Below, piece after piece: positions 14,304 to 27,100 of a stretch of 64,000 nt of DNA. The notes under the pieces are model-generated. The model saw nothing but the letters and a program-made list of their open reading frames with translations. It was not told where the DNA came from and made no database searches. The DNA is taken from positions 10,478,001 through 10,542,000 of the forward strand of contig OZ059897.1 in the NCBI GenBank assembly GCA_964057225.1, written 5' to 3'. The stretch is from Auanema rhodensis. Taxonomy: Eukaryota > Animalia > Nematoda. Each line of letters starts with the position of its first letter. Position 1 is the first letter of the stretch. The position numbers and the translations under genes are program-made.

Positions 14304-14375
14304 GCCCAAGTAGTATAGTGGTTAGTACTCCACGTTGTGGCCGTGGCGACACAGGTTCGATTCCTGTCTTGGGCA
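14304..14375 (+). tRNA. tRNA-His(GTG), first canonical copy in the window; representative of about 33 canonical copies
   Basis: Cloverleaf GCCCAAG TA GTAT AGTGGTTA GTAC T CCACG TT-GTG-GC CGTGG CGAC ACAGG TTCGATT CCTGT CTTGGGC A. All four stems pair, the anticodon is GTG, the discriminator is A73, CCA is not encoded, and the A and B boxes are intact. Other canonical starts include 14968, 15964, 16628, 17292, 18288, 18952, 20280, 28689, 32010, 39979, 43299 and 63890. Confidence 0.96.
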
Positions 14376-17300
14376 TTTTTTGTTTTGAAATTTAAATGCT
14401 ATAAAATTATTGCTTGCTTGTCATGTTAGATTTGTTTAATTCAAATACTTATTTAAGTTCCAACAATTTTCGATTAAATCACGTTCAATCAACTGTATTG
14501 TTTTCAAAAATAAAGACAAAATTCAATTTCTGTTCATTGAATTAGAATTTTCATGTTGTCACACAGAAATTGAAGAATCTTAGTTCAATTCAGTAACAAT
14601 GAACACACTAACTTTGTTAAGTTGTTGTAATATCGGCCCAAGTAATATAGTGGTTAGTACTCCACGTTGTGGCCGTGGCGACACAGATTCGATTCCTGTC
14701 TTGGACATTTTTTGTTTTGAAATTAAAATGCTATAAACATATTGCTTGCTTGTCATGTTAGATTTCTTTAATTCAAATACATATTCAAGTTCTAACAATT
14801 TTTGATTTAATCACGTTCAATTAACTGTATTGTTTTCAAAAATAAAGACAAAATTCAATTTCTGTTCATTGAATTAGAATTTTCATGTTGTCACACAGAA
14901 ATTGAAGAATCTTAGTTCATTTCAGTAACAATGAACACACTAACTTTGTTAAGTAGTTGTAATATCGGCCCAAGTAGTATAGTGGTTAGTACTCCACGTT
15001 GTGGCCGTGGCGACACAGGTTCGATTCCTGTCTTGGGCATTTTTTGTTTTGAAATTTAAATGCTATAAAATTATTGCTTGCTTGTCATGTTAGATTTGTT
15101 TAATTCAAATACTTATTTAAGTTCCAACAATTTTCGATTGAATCACGTTCATTTAACTGTATTGTTTTCAAAAATAAAGACATCTTTCAATTTCTGGTCA
15201 TTGAATTAGAATTTTCATGTTGTCACACAGAAATTGAAGAATCTTAGTTCATTTCAGTAACAATGAACACACTAACTTTGTTAAGTTGTTGTAATATCGG
15301 CCCAAGTAATATAGTGGTTAGTACTCCACGTTGTGGCCGTGGCGACACAGATTCGATTCCTGTCTTGGGCATTTTTTGTTTTGAAATTAAAATGCTACAA
15401 AATTATTGCTTGCTTGTCATGTTAGATTTCTTTAATTTGAATACTTATTTAAGTTATAACAATTTTCGATTGAATCACGTTCAATCAACTGTATTGTTTT
15501 CAAAAATAAAGACAAAATTCAATTTCTGTTCATTGAATTAGAATTTTCATGTTGTCACACAGAAATTGAAGAATCTTAGTTCAATTCAGTAACAATGAAC
15601 ACACTAACTTTGTTAAGTTGTTGTAATATCGGCCCAAGTAATATAGTGGTTAGTACTCCACGTTGTGGCCGTGGCGACACAGATTCGATTCCTGTCTTGG
15701 ACATTTTTTGTTTTGAAATTAAAATGCTATAAACATATTGCTTGCTTGTCATGTTAGATTTCTTTAATTCAAATACATATTTAAGTTATAACAATTTTCG
15801 ATTTAATCACGTTCAATCAACTGTATTGTTTTCAAAAATAAAGACAAAATTCAATTTCTGTTCATTGAATTAGAATTTTCATGTTGTCACACAGAAATTG
15901 AAGAATCTTAGTTCAATTCAGTAACAATGAACACACTAACTTTGTTGAGTTGTTGTAATATCGGCCCAAGTAGTATAGTGGTTAGTACTCCACGTTGTGG
16001 CCGTGGCGACACAGGTTCGATTCCTGTCTTGGGCATTTTTTGTTTTGAAATTTAAATGCTATAAAATTATTGCTTGCTTGTCATGTTAGATTTGTTTAAT
16101 TCAAATACTTATTTAAGTTCCAACAATTTTCGATTAAATCACGTTCAATCAACTGTATTGTTTTCAAAAATAAAGACAAAATTCAATTTCTGTTCATTGA
16201 ATTAGAATTTTCATGTTGTCACACAGAAATTGAAGAATCTTAGTTCAATTCAGTAACAATGAACACACTAACTTTGTTAAGTTGTTGTAATATCGGCCCA
16301 AGTAATATAGTGGTTAGTACTCCACGTTGTGGCCGTGGCGACACAGATTCGATTCCTGTCTTGGACATTTTTTGTTTTGAAATTAAAATGCTATAAACAT
16401 ATTGCTTGCTTGTCATGTTAGATTTCTTTAATTCAAATACATATTTAAGTTATAACAATTTTCGATTTAATCACGTTCAATCAACTGTATTGTTTTCAAA
16501 AATAAAGACAAAATTCAATTTCTGTTCATTGAATTAGAATTTTTATGTTGTCACACAGAAATTGAAGAATCTTAGTTCAATTCAGTAACAATGAATACAC
16601 TAACTTTGTTGAGTTGTTGTAATATCGGCCCAAGTAGTATAGTGGTTAGTACTCCACGTTGTGGCCGTGGCGACACAGGTTCGATTCCTGTCTTGGGCAT
16701 TTTTTGTTTTGAAATTTAAATGCTATAAAATTATTGCTTGCTTGTCATGTTAGATTTGTTTAATTCAAATACTTATTTAAGTTCCAACAATTTTCGATTA
16801 AATCACGTTCAATCAACTGTATTGTTTTCAAAAATAAAGACAAAATTCAATTTCTGTTCATTGAATTAGAATTTTCATGTTGTCACACAGAAATTGAAGA
16901 ATCTTAGTTCAATTCAGTAACAATGAACACACTAACTTTGTTAAGTTGTTGTAATATCGGCCCAAGTAATATAGTGGTTAGTACTCCACGTTGTGGCCGT
17001 GGCGACACAGATTCGATTCCTGTCTTGGACATTTTTTGTTTTGAAATTAAAATGCTATAAACATATTGCTTGCTTGTCATGTTAGATTTCTTTAATTTAA
17101 ATACATATTTAAGTTCTAACAATTTTTGATTTAATCACGTTCAATTAACTGTATTGTTTTCAAAAATAAAGACAAAATTCAATTTCTGTTCATTGAATTA
17201 GAATTTTCATGTTGTCACACAGAAATTGAAGAATCTTAGTTCATTTCAGTAACAATGAACACACTAACTTTGTTAAGTAGTTGTAATATCGGCCCAAGTA

Positions 17301-20300
17301 GTATAGTGGTTAGTACTCCACGTTGTGGCCGTGGCGACACAGGTTCGATTCCTGTCTTGGGCATTTTTTGTTTTGAAATTTAAATGCTATAAAATTATTG
17401 CTTGCTTGTCATGTTAGATTTGTTTAATTCAAATACTTATTTAAGTTCCAACAATTTTCGATTAAATCACGTTCATTTAACTGTATTGTTTTCAAAAATA
17501 AAGACATCTTTCAATTTCTGGTCATTGAATTAGAATTTTCATGTTGTCACACAGAAATTGAAGAATCTTAGTTCATTTCAGTAACAATGAACACACTAAC
17601 TTTGTTAAGTTGTTGTAATATCGGCCCAAGTAATATAGTGGTTAGTACTCCACGTTGTGGCCGTGGCGACACAGATTCGATTCCTGTCTTGGGCATTTTC
17701 TGTTTTGAAATTAAAATGCTACAAAATTATTGCTTGCTTGTCATGTTAGATTTCTTTAATTTGAATACTTATTTAAGTTATAACAATTTTCGATTTAATC
17801 ACGTTCAATCAACTGTATTGTTTTCAAAAATAAAGACAAAATTCAATTTCTGTTCATTGAATTAGAATTTTCATGTTGTCACACAGAAATTGAAGAATCT
17901 TAGTTCAATTCAGTAACAATGAACACACTAACTTTGTTAAGTTGTTGTAATATCGGCCCAAGTAATATAGTGGTTAGTACTCCACGTTGTGGCCGTGGCG
18001 ACACAGATTCGATTCCTGTCTTGGGCATTTTTTGTTTTGAAATTAAAATGCTACAAAATTATTGCTTGCTTGTCATGTTAGATTTCTTCAATTTGAATAC
18101 TTATTTAAGTTATAACAATTTTCGATTTAATCACGTTCAATCAACTGTATTGTTTTCAAAAATAAAGACAAAATTCAATTTCTGTTCATTGAATTAGAAT
18201 TTTCATGTTGTCACACAGAAATTGAAGAATCTTAGTTCAATTCAGTAACAATGAACACACTAACTTTGTTGAGTTGTTGTAATATCGGCCCAAGTAGTAT
18301 AGTGGTTAGTACTCCACGTTGTGGCCGTGGCGACACAGGTTCGATTCCTGTCTTGGGCATTTTTTGTTTTGAAATTTAAATGCTATAAAATTATTGCTTG
18401 CTTGTCATGTTAGATTTGTTTAATTCAAATACTTATTTAAGTTCCAACAATTTTCGATTAAATCACGTTCAATCAACTGTATTGTTTTCAAAAATAAAGA
18501 CAAAATTCAATTTCTGTTCATTGAATTAGAATTTTCATGTTGTCACACAGAAATTGAAAAATCTTAGTTCAATTCAGTAACAATGAACACACTAACTTTG
18601 TTAAGTTGTTGTAATATCGGCCCAAGTAATATAGTGGTTAGTACTCCACGTTGTGGCCGTGGCGACACAGATTCGATTCCTGTCTTGGACATTTTTTGTT
18701 TTGAAATTAAAATGCTATAAACATATTGCTTGCTTGTCATGTTAGATTTCTTTAATTCAAATACATATTTAAGTTCTAACAATTTTTGATTTAATCACGT
18801 TCAATTAACTGTATTGTTTTCAAAAATAAAGACAAAATTCAATTTCTGTTCATTGAATTAGAATTTTCATGTTGTCACACAGAAATTGAAGAATCTTAGT
18901 TCATTTCAGTAACAATGAACACACTAACTTTGTTAAGTAGTTGTAATATCGGCCCAAGTAGTATAGTGGTTAGTACTCCACGTTGTGGCCGTGGCGACAC
19001 AGGTTCGATTCCTGTCTTGGGCATTTTTTGTTTTGAAATTTAAATGCTATAAAATTATTGCTTGCTTGTCATGTTAGATTTGTTTAATTCAAATACTTAT
19101 TTAAGTTCCAACAATTTTCGATTAAATCACGTTCATTTAACTGTATTGTTTTCAAAAATAAAGACATCTTTCAATTTCTGGTCATTGAATTAGAATTTTC
19201 ATGTTGTCACACAGAAATTGAAGAATCTTAGTTCATTTCAGTAACAATGAACACACTAACTTTGTTAAGTTGTTGTAATATCGGCCCAAGTAATATAGTG
19301 GTTAGTACTCCACGTTGTGGCCGTGGCGACACAGATTCGATTCCTGTCTTGGGCATTTTTTGTTTTGAAATTAAAATGCTACAAAATTATTGCTTGCTTG
19401 TCATGTTAGATTTCTTTAATTTGAATACTTATTTAAGTTATAACAATTTTCGATTTAATCACGTTCAATCAACTGTATTGTTTTCAAAAATAAAGACAAA
19501 ATTCAATTTCTGTTCATTGAATTAGAATTTTCATGTTGTCACACAGAAATTGAAGAATCTTAGTTCAATTCAGTAACAATGAACACACTAACTTTGTAAA
19601 GTTGTTGTAATATCGGCCCAAGTAATATAGTGGTTAGTACTCCACGTTGTGGCCGTGGCGACACAGATTCGATTCCTGTCTTGGGCATTTTTTGTTTTGA
19701 AATTAAAATGCTACAAAATTATTGCTTGCTTGTCATGTTAGATTTCTTTAATTTGAATACTTATTTAAGTTATAACAATTTTCGATTTAATCACGTTCAA
19801 TCAACTGTATTGTTTTCAAAAATAAAGACAAAATTCAATTTCTGTTCATTGAATTAGAATTTTCATGTTGTCACACAGAAATTGAAGAATCTTAGTTCAA
19901 TTCAGTAACAATGAACACACTAACTTTGTTAAGTTGTTGTAATATCGGCCCAAGTAATATAGTGGTTAGTACTCCACGTTGTGGCCGTGGCGACACAGAT
20001 TCGATTCCTGTCTTGGACATTTTTTGTTTTGAAATTAAAATGCTATAAACATATTGCTTGCTTGTCATGTTAGATTTCTTTAATTCAAATACATATTTAA
20101 GTTATAACAATTTTCGATTTAATCACGTTCAATCAACTGTATTGTTTTCAAAAATAAAGACAAAATTCAATTTCTGTTCATTGAATTAGAATTTTCATGT
20201 TGTCACACAGAAATTGAAGAATCTTAGTTCAATTCAGTAACAATGAACACACTAACTTTGTTGAGTTGTTGTAATATCGGCCCAAGTAGTATAGTGGTTA

Positions 20301-23300
20301 GTACTCCACGTTGTGGCCGTGGCGACACAGGTTCGATTCCTGTCTTGGGCATTTTTTGTTTTGAAATTTAAATGCTATAAAATTATTGCTTGCTTGTCAT
20401 GTTAGATTTGTTTAATTCAAATACTTATTTAAGTTCCAACAATTTTCGATTGAATCACGTTCAATCAACTGTATTGTTTTCAAAAATAAAGACAAAATTC
20501 AATTTCTGTTCATTGAATTAGAATTTTCATGTTGTCACACAGAAATTGAAGAATCTTAGTTCAATTCAGTAACAATGAACACACTAACTTTGTTAAGTTG
20601 TTGTAATATCGGCCCAAGTAATATAGTGGTTAGTACTCCACGTTGTGGCCGTGGCGACACAGATTCGATTCCTGTCTTGGACATTTTTTGTTTTGAAATT
20701 AAAATGCTATAAACATATTGCTTGCTTGTCATGTTAGATTTCTTTAATTCAAATACATATTTAAGTTCTAACAATTTTTGATTTAATCACGTTCAATTAA
20801 CTGTATTGTTTTCAAAAATAAAGACAAAATTCAATTTCTGTTCATTGAATTAGAATTTTCATGTTGTCACACAGAAATTGAAGAATCTTAGTTCATTTCA
20901 GTAACAATGAACACACTAACTTTGTTAAGTTGTTGTAATATCGGCCCAAGTAATATAGTGGTTAGTACTCCACGTTGTGGCCGTGGCGACACAGATTCGA
21001 TTCCTGTCTTGGGCATTTTTTGTTTTGAAATTAAAATGCTACAAAATTATTGCTTGCTTGTCATGTTAGATTTCTTTAATTTGAATACTTATTTAAGTTA
21101 TAACAATTTTCGATTTAATCACGTTCAATCAACTGTATTGTTTTCAAAAATAAAGACAAAATTCAATTTCTGTTCATTGAATTAGAATTTTCATGTTGTC
21201 ACACAGAAATTGAAGAATCTTAGTTCAATTCAGTAACAATGAACACACTAACTTTGTTAAGTTGTTGTAATATTGGCCCAAGTAGTATAGTGGTTAGTAC
21301 TCCACGTTGTGGCCGTGGCGACACAGGTTCGATTCCTGTCTCGGGCATTTTTTGTTTTGAAATTAAAATGCTATAAAATTATTGCTTGCTTGTCTTGTTA
21401 GATTTCTTTAATTTGAATACTTATCCAAGTTATAACAATTTTCGATTTAATCACGTTCAATCAACTGTATTGTTTTCAAAAATAAAGACAAAATTCAATT
21501 TCTGTTCATTGAATTAGAATTTTCATGTTGTCACACAGAAATTGAAGAATCTTAGTTCAATTCAGTAACAATGAACACACTAACTTTGTTAAGTTGTTGT
21601 AATATCGGCCCAAGTAATATAGTGGTTAGTACTCCACGTTGTGGCCGTGGCGACACAGATTCGATTCCTGTCTTGGACATTTTTTGTTTTGAAATTAAAG
21701 TGCTATAAACATATTGCTTGCTTGTCATGTTAGATTTCTTTAATTCAAATACATATTTAAGTTCTAACAATTTTTGATTTAATCACGTTCAATTAACTGT
21801 ATTGTTTTCAAAAATAAAGACAAAATTCAATTTCTGTTCATTGAATTAGAATTTTCATGTTCTCACACAGAAATTGAAGAATCTTAGTTCAATTCAGTAA
21901 CAATGAACACACTAATTTTGTGAAGTTGTTTTAATATCGGCCCAAGTAATATAGTGGTTAGTACTCCACGTTGTGGCCGTGGCGACACAGATTCGATTCC
22001 TGTCTTGGGCATTTTTTTGTTTTGAAATTAAAATGCTATAAAATTATTGCTTGCTTGTCATGTGAGATTTGTTTAATTCAAATACTTATTTAAGTTCTAA
22101 CAATTTTTGATTTAATCACGTTCAATTAACTGTATTGTTTTCAAAAATGAAGACATCTTTCAATTTCTGTTCATTGAATTAGAATTTTCATGTTGTCACA
22201 CAGAAATTGAAGAATCTTAGTTCATTTCAGTAACAATGAACACACTAACTTTGTTAAGTTGTTGTAATATCGGCCCAAGTAATATAGTGGTTAGTACTCC
22301 ACGTTGTGGCCGTGGCGACACAGGTTCGATTCCTGTCTTGGGCATTTTTTGTTTTGAAATTTAAATGCTATAAAATTATTGCTTGCTTGTCATGTGAGAT
22401 TTGTTTAATTCAAATACTTATTTAAGTTCTAACAATTTTTGATTTAATCACGTTCAATTAACTGTATTGTTTTCAAAAATAAAAACAAAATTCAATTTCT
22501 GTTCATTGAATTAGAATTTTCATGTTGTCACACAGAAATTGAAGAATCTTAGTTCATTTCAGTAACAATGAACACACTAACTTTGTTAAGTTGTTGTAAT
22601 ATTGGCCCAAGTAGTATAGTGGTTAGTACTCCACGTTGTGGCCGTGGCGACACAGGTTCGATTCCTGTTTTGGGCATTTTTTGTTTTGAAATTTAAATGC
22701 TATAAAATTATTGCTTGCTTGTCATGTTAGATTTTTTTAAATTTGAATACTTATTCAAGTTATAACAATTTTCGATTTAATCACGTTCAATCAACTGTAT
22801 TGTTTTCAAAAATAAAGACATCTTTCAATTTCTGGTCATTGAATTAGAATTTTCATGTTGTCACACAGAAATTGAAGAATCTTAGTTTAATTCAGTAACA
22901 ATGAACACACTAACTTTGTTAAGTTGTTGTAATATCGGCCCAAGTAATATAGTGGTTAGTACTCCACGTTGTGGCCGTGGCGACACAGATTCGATTCCTG
23001 TCTTGGACATTTTTTGTTTTGAAATTAAAATGCTATAAAATTATTGCTTGCTTGTCATGTTAGATTTCTTTAATTTGAATACTTATTCAAGTTATAACAA
23101 TTTTCGATTTAATCACGTTCAATCAACTGTATTGTTTTCAAAAATAAAGACAAAATTCAATTTCTGTTCATTGAATTAGAATTTTCATGTTGTCACACAG
23201 AAATTGAAGAATCTTAGTTCATTTCAGTAACAATGAACACACTAACTTTGTTAAGTTGTTGTAATATCGGCCCAAGTAATATAGTGGTTAGTACTCCACG

Positions 23301-23931
23301 TTGTGGCCGTGGCGACACAGATTCGATTCCTGTCTTGGACATTTTTTGTTTTGAAATTAAAATGCTATAAAATTATTGCTTGCTTGTCATGTTAGATTTC
23401 TTTAATTTGAATACTTATTTAAGTTATAACAATTTTCGATTTAATCACGTTCAATCAACTGTATTGTTTTCAAAAATAAAGACAAAATTCAATTTCTGTT
23501 CATTGAATTAGAATTTTCATGTTGTCACACAGAAATTGAAGAATCTTAGTTCAATTCAGTAACAATGAACACACTAACTTTGTTAAGTTGTTGTAATATC
23601 GGCCCAAGTAATATAGTGGTTAGTACTCCACGTTGTGGCCGTGGCGACACAGATTCGATTCCTGTCTTGGACATTTTTTGTTTTGAAATTAAAATGCTAT
23701 AAACATATTGCTTGCTTGTCATGTTAGATTTCTTTAATTCAAATACATATTTAAGTTCTAACAATTTTTGATTTAATCACGTTCAATTAACTGTATTGTT
23801 TTCAAAAATAAAGACAAAATTCAATTTCTGTTCATTGAATTAGAATTTTCATGTTGTCACACAGAAATTGAAGAATCTTAGTTCAATTCAGTAACAATGA
23901 ACACACTAACTTTGTTGAGTTGTTGTAATAT

Positions 23932-23940
23932 TGGCCCAAG
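23932..23940 (+). repeat. Target-site duplication, left copy TGGCCCAAG (tRNA positions -2 to +7)
   Basis: The identical 9-mer flanks the element on both sides and occurs once per uninterrupted T-2 unit. Confidence 0.96.
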
Positions 23941-24165
23941 GGCCAAACTAAATTGACATGTGTGAAAATGACTCGATATGTAATTGACATAGTGAAATAT
24001 ATTGGTTTAATTGACATGTAAGATCAATACCGTATTGAATGTTAATGACATTGTAATAATGACATTAATTGCGTTTGACTAAAATGTGCAAATTTGAATA
24101 TTGCGTACCAATTTAGGTAATTTTTTCACAAAAAAATTTTGGGATTTTCCGATATCGATTCATTT
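23941..24165 (+). repeat. Left terminal inverted repeat (225 bp)
   Basis: Reverse complement of 27466-27690. There is one mismatch across nt 14-225 (nt 126) and 7 mismatches in nt 1-13. Confidence 0.97.
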
Positions 24166-24186
24166 TTTCCCAATAGAAGAAAGGAA

Positions 24187-27100
24187 ATGAAGCCGGTTTC
24201 GAAAAAAATGCTGTTGCAATTTTTCAATGACAGGTAGATCAGATGGTTTTGTTTGTTTTGTTTACACATTCTCACATTCAAAGAAATTATAATGTAATGG
24301 AAGAGCTTCCGCGTTTGAAATATTTTCCTGCTGGTGATACAGTTTATTTGGTAGCTTCGAGCAGCTTCAGAGATTTGAAAGATGTGACAACTGATTCGGC
24401 ATCTCCATGGACGGGAAAACTAAGTTTGAATTGTTATATGTTTTATTTTTTTAATTGTTACGTAGTTTATGACGAAAAATCGCACCGTGATTTGAAAACT
24501 AATATTGAGTACTTATATGTGGATAAAACGGATGAGCAATGGATACCTGTTAAGAAGTCTTATTTAACTTTCAAATTATTCCTTAATACTAACCCCAGAT
24601 ACCCTTCTTTACAACGCCGTGTTAGTTATTTTTGTCAATAAAATGTTTTTATATTCTATCTTTACACAGGTGGGAGTAATTCTGGACATGAATAAAAACG
24701 CTGTCTCTCCAATTTTATACTACTACTTTGCTGAAGTAAGGTTTTCATTATTTTTATGTTCACATGATTACTTGGATCTCTATTATTTGTATTTCATAAT
24801 ATTCAGGAGAACCTCACAATATCCCCATCAAACTCGATTCGAATCAAACCATCTGAATCAGCTGCTGCTAAAAAAGCGTTATCTCATCGAACTACCGTGG
24901 GAGCAAAAAGATTTCTTGATGAACAGGGATTAAATATTAATACAAAAAAAGTCATTACAGTTCACTAATCAAAATTATGTATTATTTTTCAGTTAACAAA
25001 TTTAGCCCGTTCCGTCGATTATCATATAAAAAGTAGAGTAGGAAAAAAAAGTGCATCGAATGTTGCAAAACTGTTTGATCGGTTTGTTTGCAAACCCAAT
25101 TCATTAGAAGCTATGCTTTCTCCACATGTTGAAAAAACAGGTTTATGTAAATTAGTAGTATTCATGACCTTAATCAGTCTTTTAGAAGATGGAAAAATAT
25201 TAATACGTCAGATATTTTTTTACCCGTGTGCCTTAGAACATTTTTGTAAAACTTTGCCTGACAAAAACGATGTTATCGAACATAGAAATAGAGTTGATAA
25301 ACTGCTACTAACAACTAAAGAAGATGCAGAACTGGAGCTGAGTGAGCATGAAGATGTTTTTTAGGTTTAATGAGTTTATTGTAGACAGAATTATTTCAAC
25401 AACTAATAAATCAGGAACAATTCCCAAGCTGGGTTCGATGTTGCAAATTGATACTACTTTTAACGTTTGTAGCAGTGAATATTTAACAATGGCCGTAGGA
25501 ATACACGATACTTTTTTGTGAGATTTCACAAACTATTTTGAAATGTAATATATTTAGAAATAATGTATCTGGAAAATGCGCAAGTGTATTAATTGGAGCT
25601 ATGATACATACAAGTAAGGCTGCCAAAGAACATGAAGCATTCTCAATAGCGTTGAATAGTCAGTTTGAGAAATTCGGATCAAATAAAACTATTCCTTGCG
25701 TAATCACTGATGGAGAGGAGTCGTTCAAGTTGTACACTACAGTAAGTACTGTTGAACTTGTGGAATCATTAAAGTTAGTTTAGGGTTCGTTTCTAAGTAG
25801 ATCAGTACCTTTGCGATGTGACGTACACAAGTTTGACAACTTGAAGATGAACATGCACAAATCGGATAGAGAAAATACAGAAATTATCAAAAAAAAATTA
25901 TTTGGATCAAAAGAAAATGTAGGCACGTAAAGTTTTAATTGAGTTGAAAAGTATATTTTAAGAGTATCAGTGGAACTATATGGCACCGCGGTATATTAGG
26001 AACTCTTCAGAAATCTGAATTTGAAAAAAAAATGATGAAATTTAGTGATGCTGTACATGCTGACACAGCAAAATGGTGGGTTAATATTCAACATTTTTTC
26101 CTTGTGTTTGAATAAAAACAAAGCATGATATTTGTAAGCATACTAATATAGATATTATAAATTGTGCTGAGAGAAAAATAGAATTGTTGTTTAGGTTACT
26201 TCGAAATATGGATGATATGTACAACACATGTTCACTTATCAAGAAGCTCTACGCTGGCTGTCCTTTGCAATGGGCCACAACAAATATCATCGAGTTGAGA
26301 AATAACCAACTCAAAAAAATTGTACAATATCCTCAACCGGCGGAAATACTAATGAAAAGTTTATTAATTATACATCATGGTACTTTTTTCAAATCACATT
26401 TAGATGATACCACAGCACTGTGTTCTAATAAGTTAAATATTTACAGATGATATGAAAGAACGCATATTTGCTATTCAGAACAAAAGCCAAAATTTAAAAA
26501 CTGCAATTCCGTTGAACATGAATTTTGAAGATCTTTCTTGTTCGGAGCAGAGAACTTTAGTAGAGAAATTTGGATTATATAGCTATTATATTTCTTTATC
26601 TTATTTTAAGTTTCCGAAATGGACATTAGACGGTAAGAAAAAGTTAATAACTATTCATTATACTAAATAATAATAGGAGATGGCAAAAATAAATCAAACT
26701 TTTTGTCAGCTGTAGAGAAACTCTCTGTTGATAGCTGCAGAAATGATGAGAATTTATATATAGTTCTAGATGAAATCGATCTGAGAAGGTATTCGATTTT
26801 TCAGTGAATAATGAATTATTTTTTAAGACCCGTTTGCGTGAAAAAAACGGAGAACCAACTCAAATGTTTTCATTACGAATGTTTAAATAACATTAATTAT
26901 GGATATTATTTCTGTATACATATGTGAGGTTTCAAAAGATATTTTGAAAGACAATTTTATTTTTAGGTTCGCTATTCTTAAAAAACTTGAAGATTCAGTT
27001 GCAGATCACTATATAAAAGAGATGGAAGATAAAAAAAATAATAGAACAGCGCAGAACTGTTTGAGTAAACAAATACGACCCACAGATGGTTCGAAGTTCC

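Larger units (their letters stand above)
1..23940 (+). repeat. Tandem array of 332-bp tRNA-His(GTG) units, left segment (72 full tRNA copies plus the 5' stub of the interrupted copy)
   Basis: tRNA starts recur at 28+332n, with two +1 indels near 22.0 and 22.7 kb. The last start, 23934, equals 28+72x332+2. Units differ only by a small set of recurring substitutions. The array continues past the window start. Confidence 0.98.

Noticed and set aside
25421-25440. CCCAAG...GGTTCGA tRNA/B-box-like words inside the element (also GGTTCGAA near 27088)
   Set aside because: These are short matches within coding exons. They lack the full B-box consensus and any cloverleaf, so they are likely chance.
25308-25986. 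Minus-strand ORFs 25308-25529 and 25780-25986 as a second transposon gene
   Set aside because: They are short and lie antisense to the exons carrying the catalytic motifs, so they are best explained as shadow frames.
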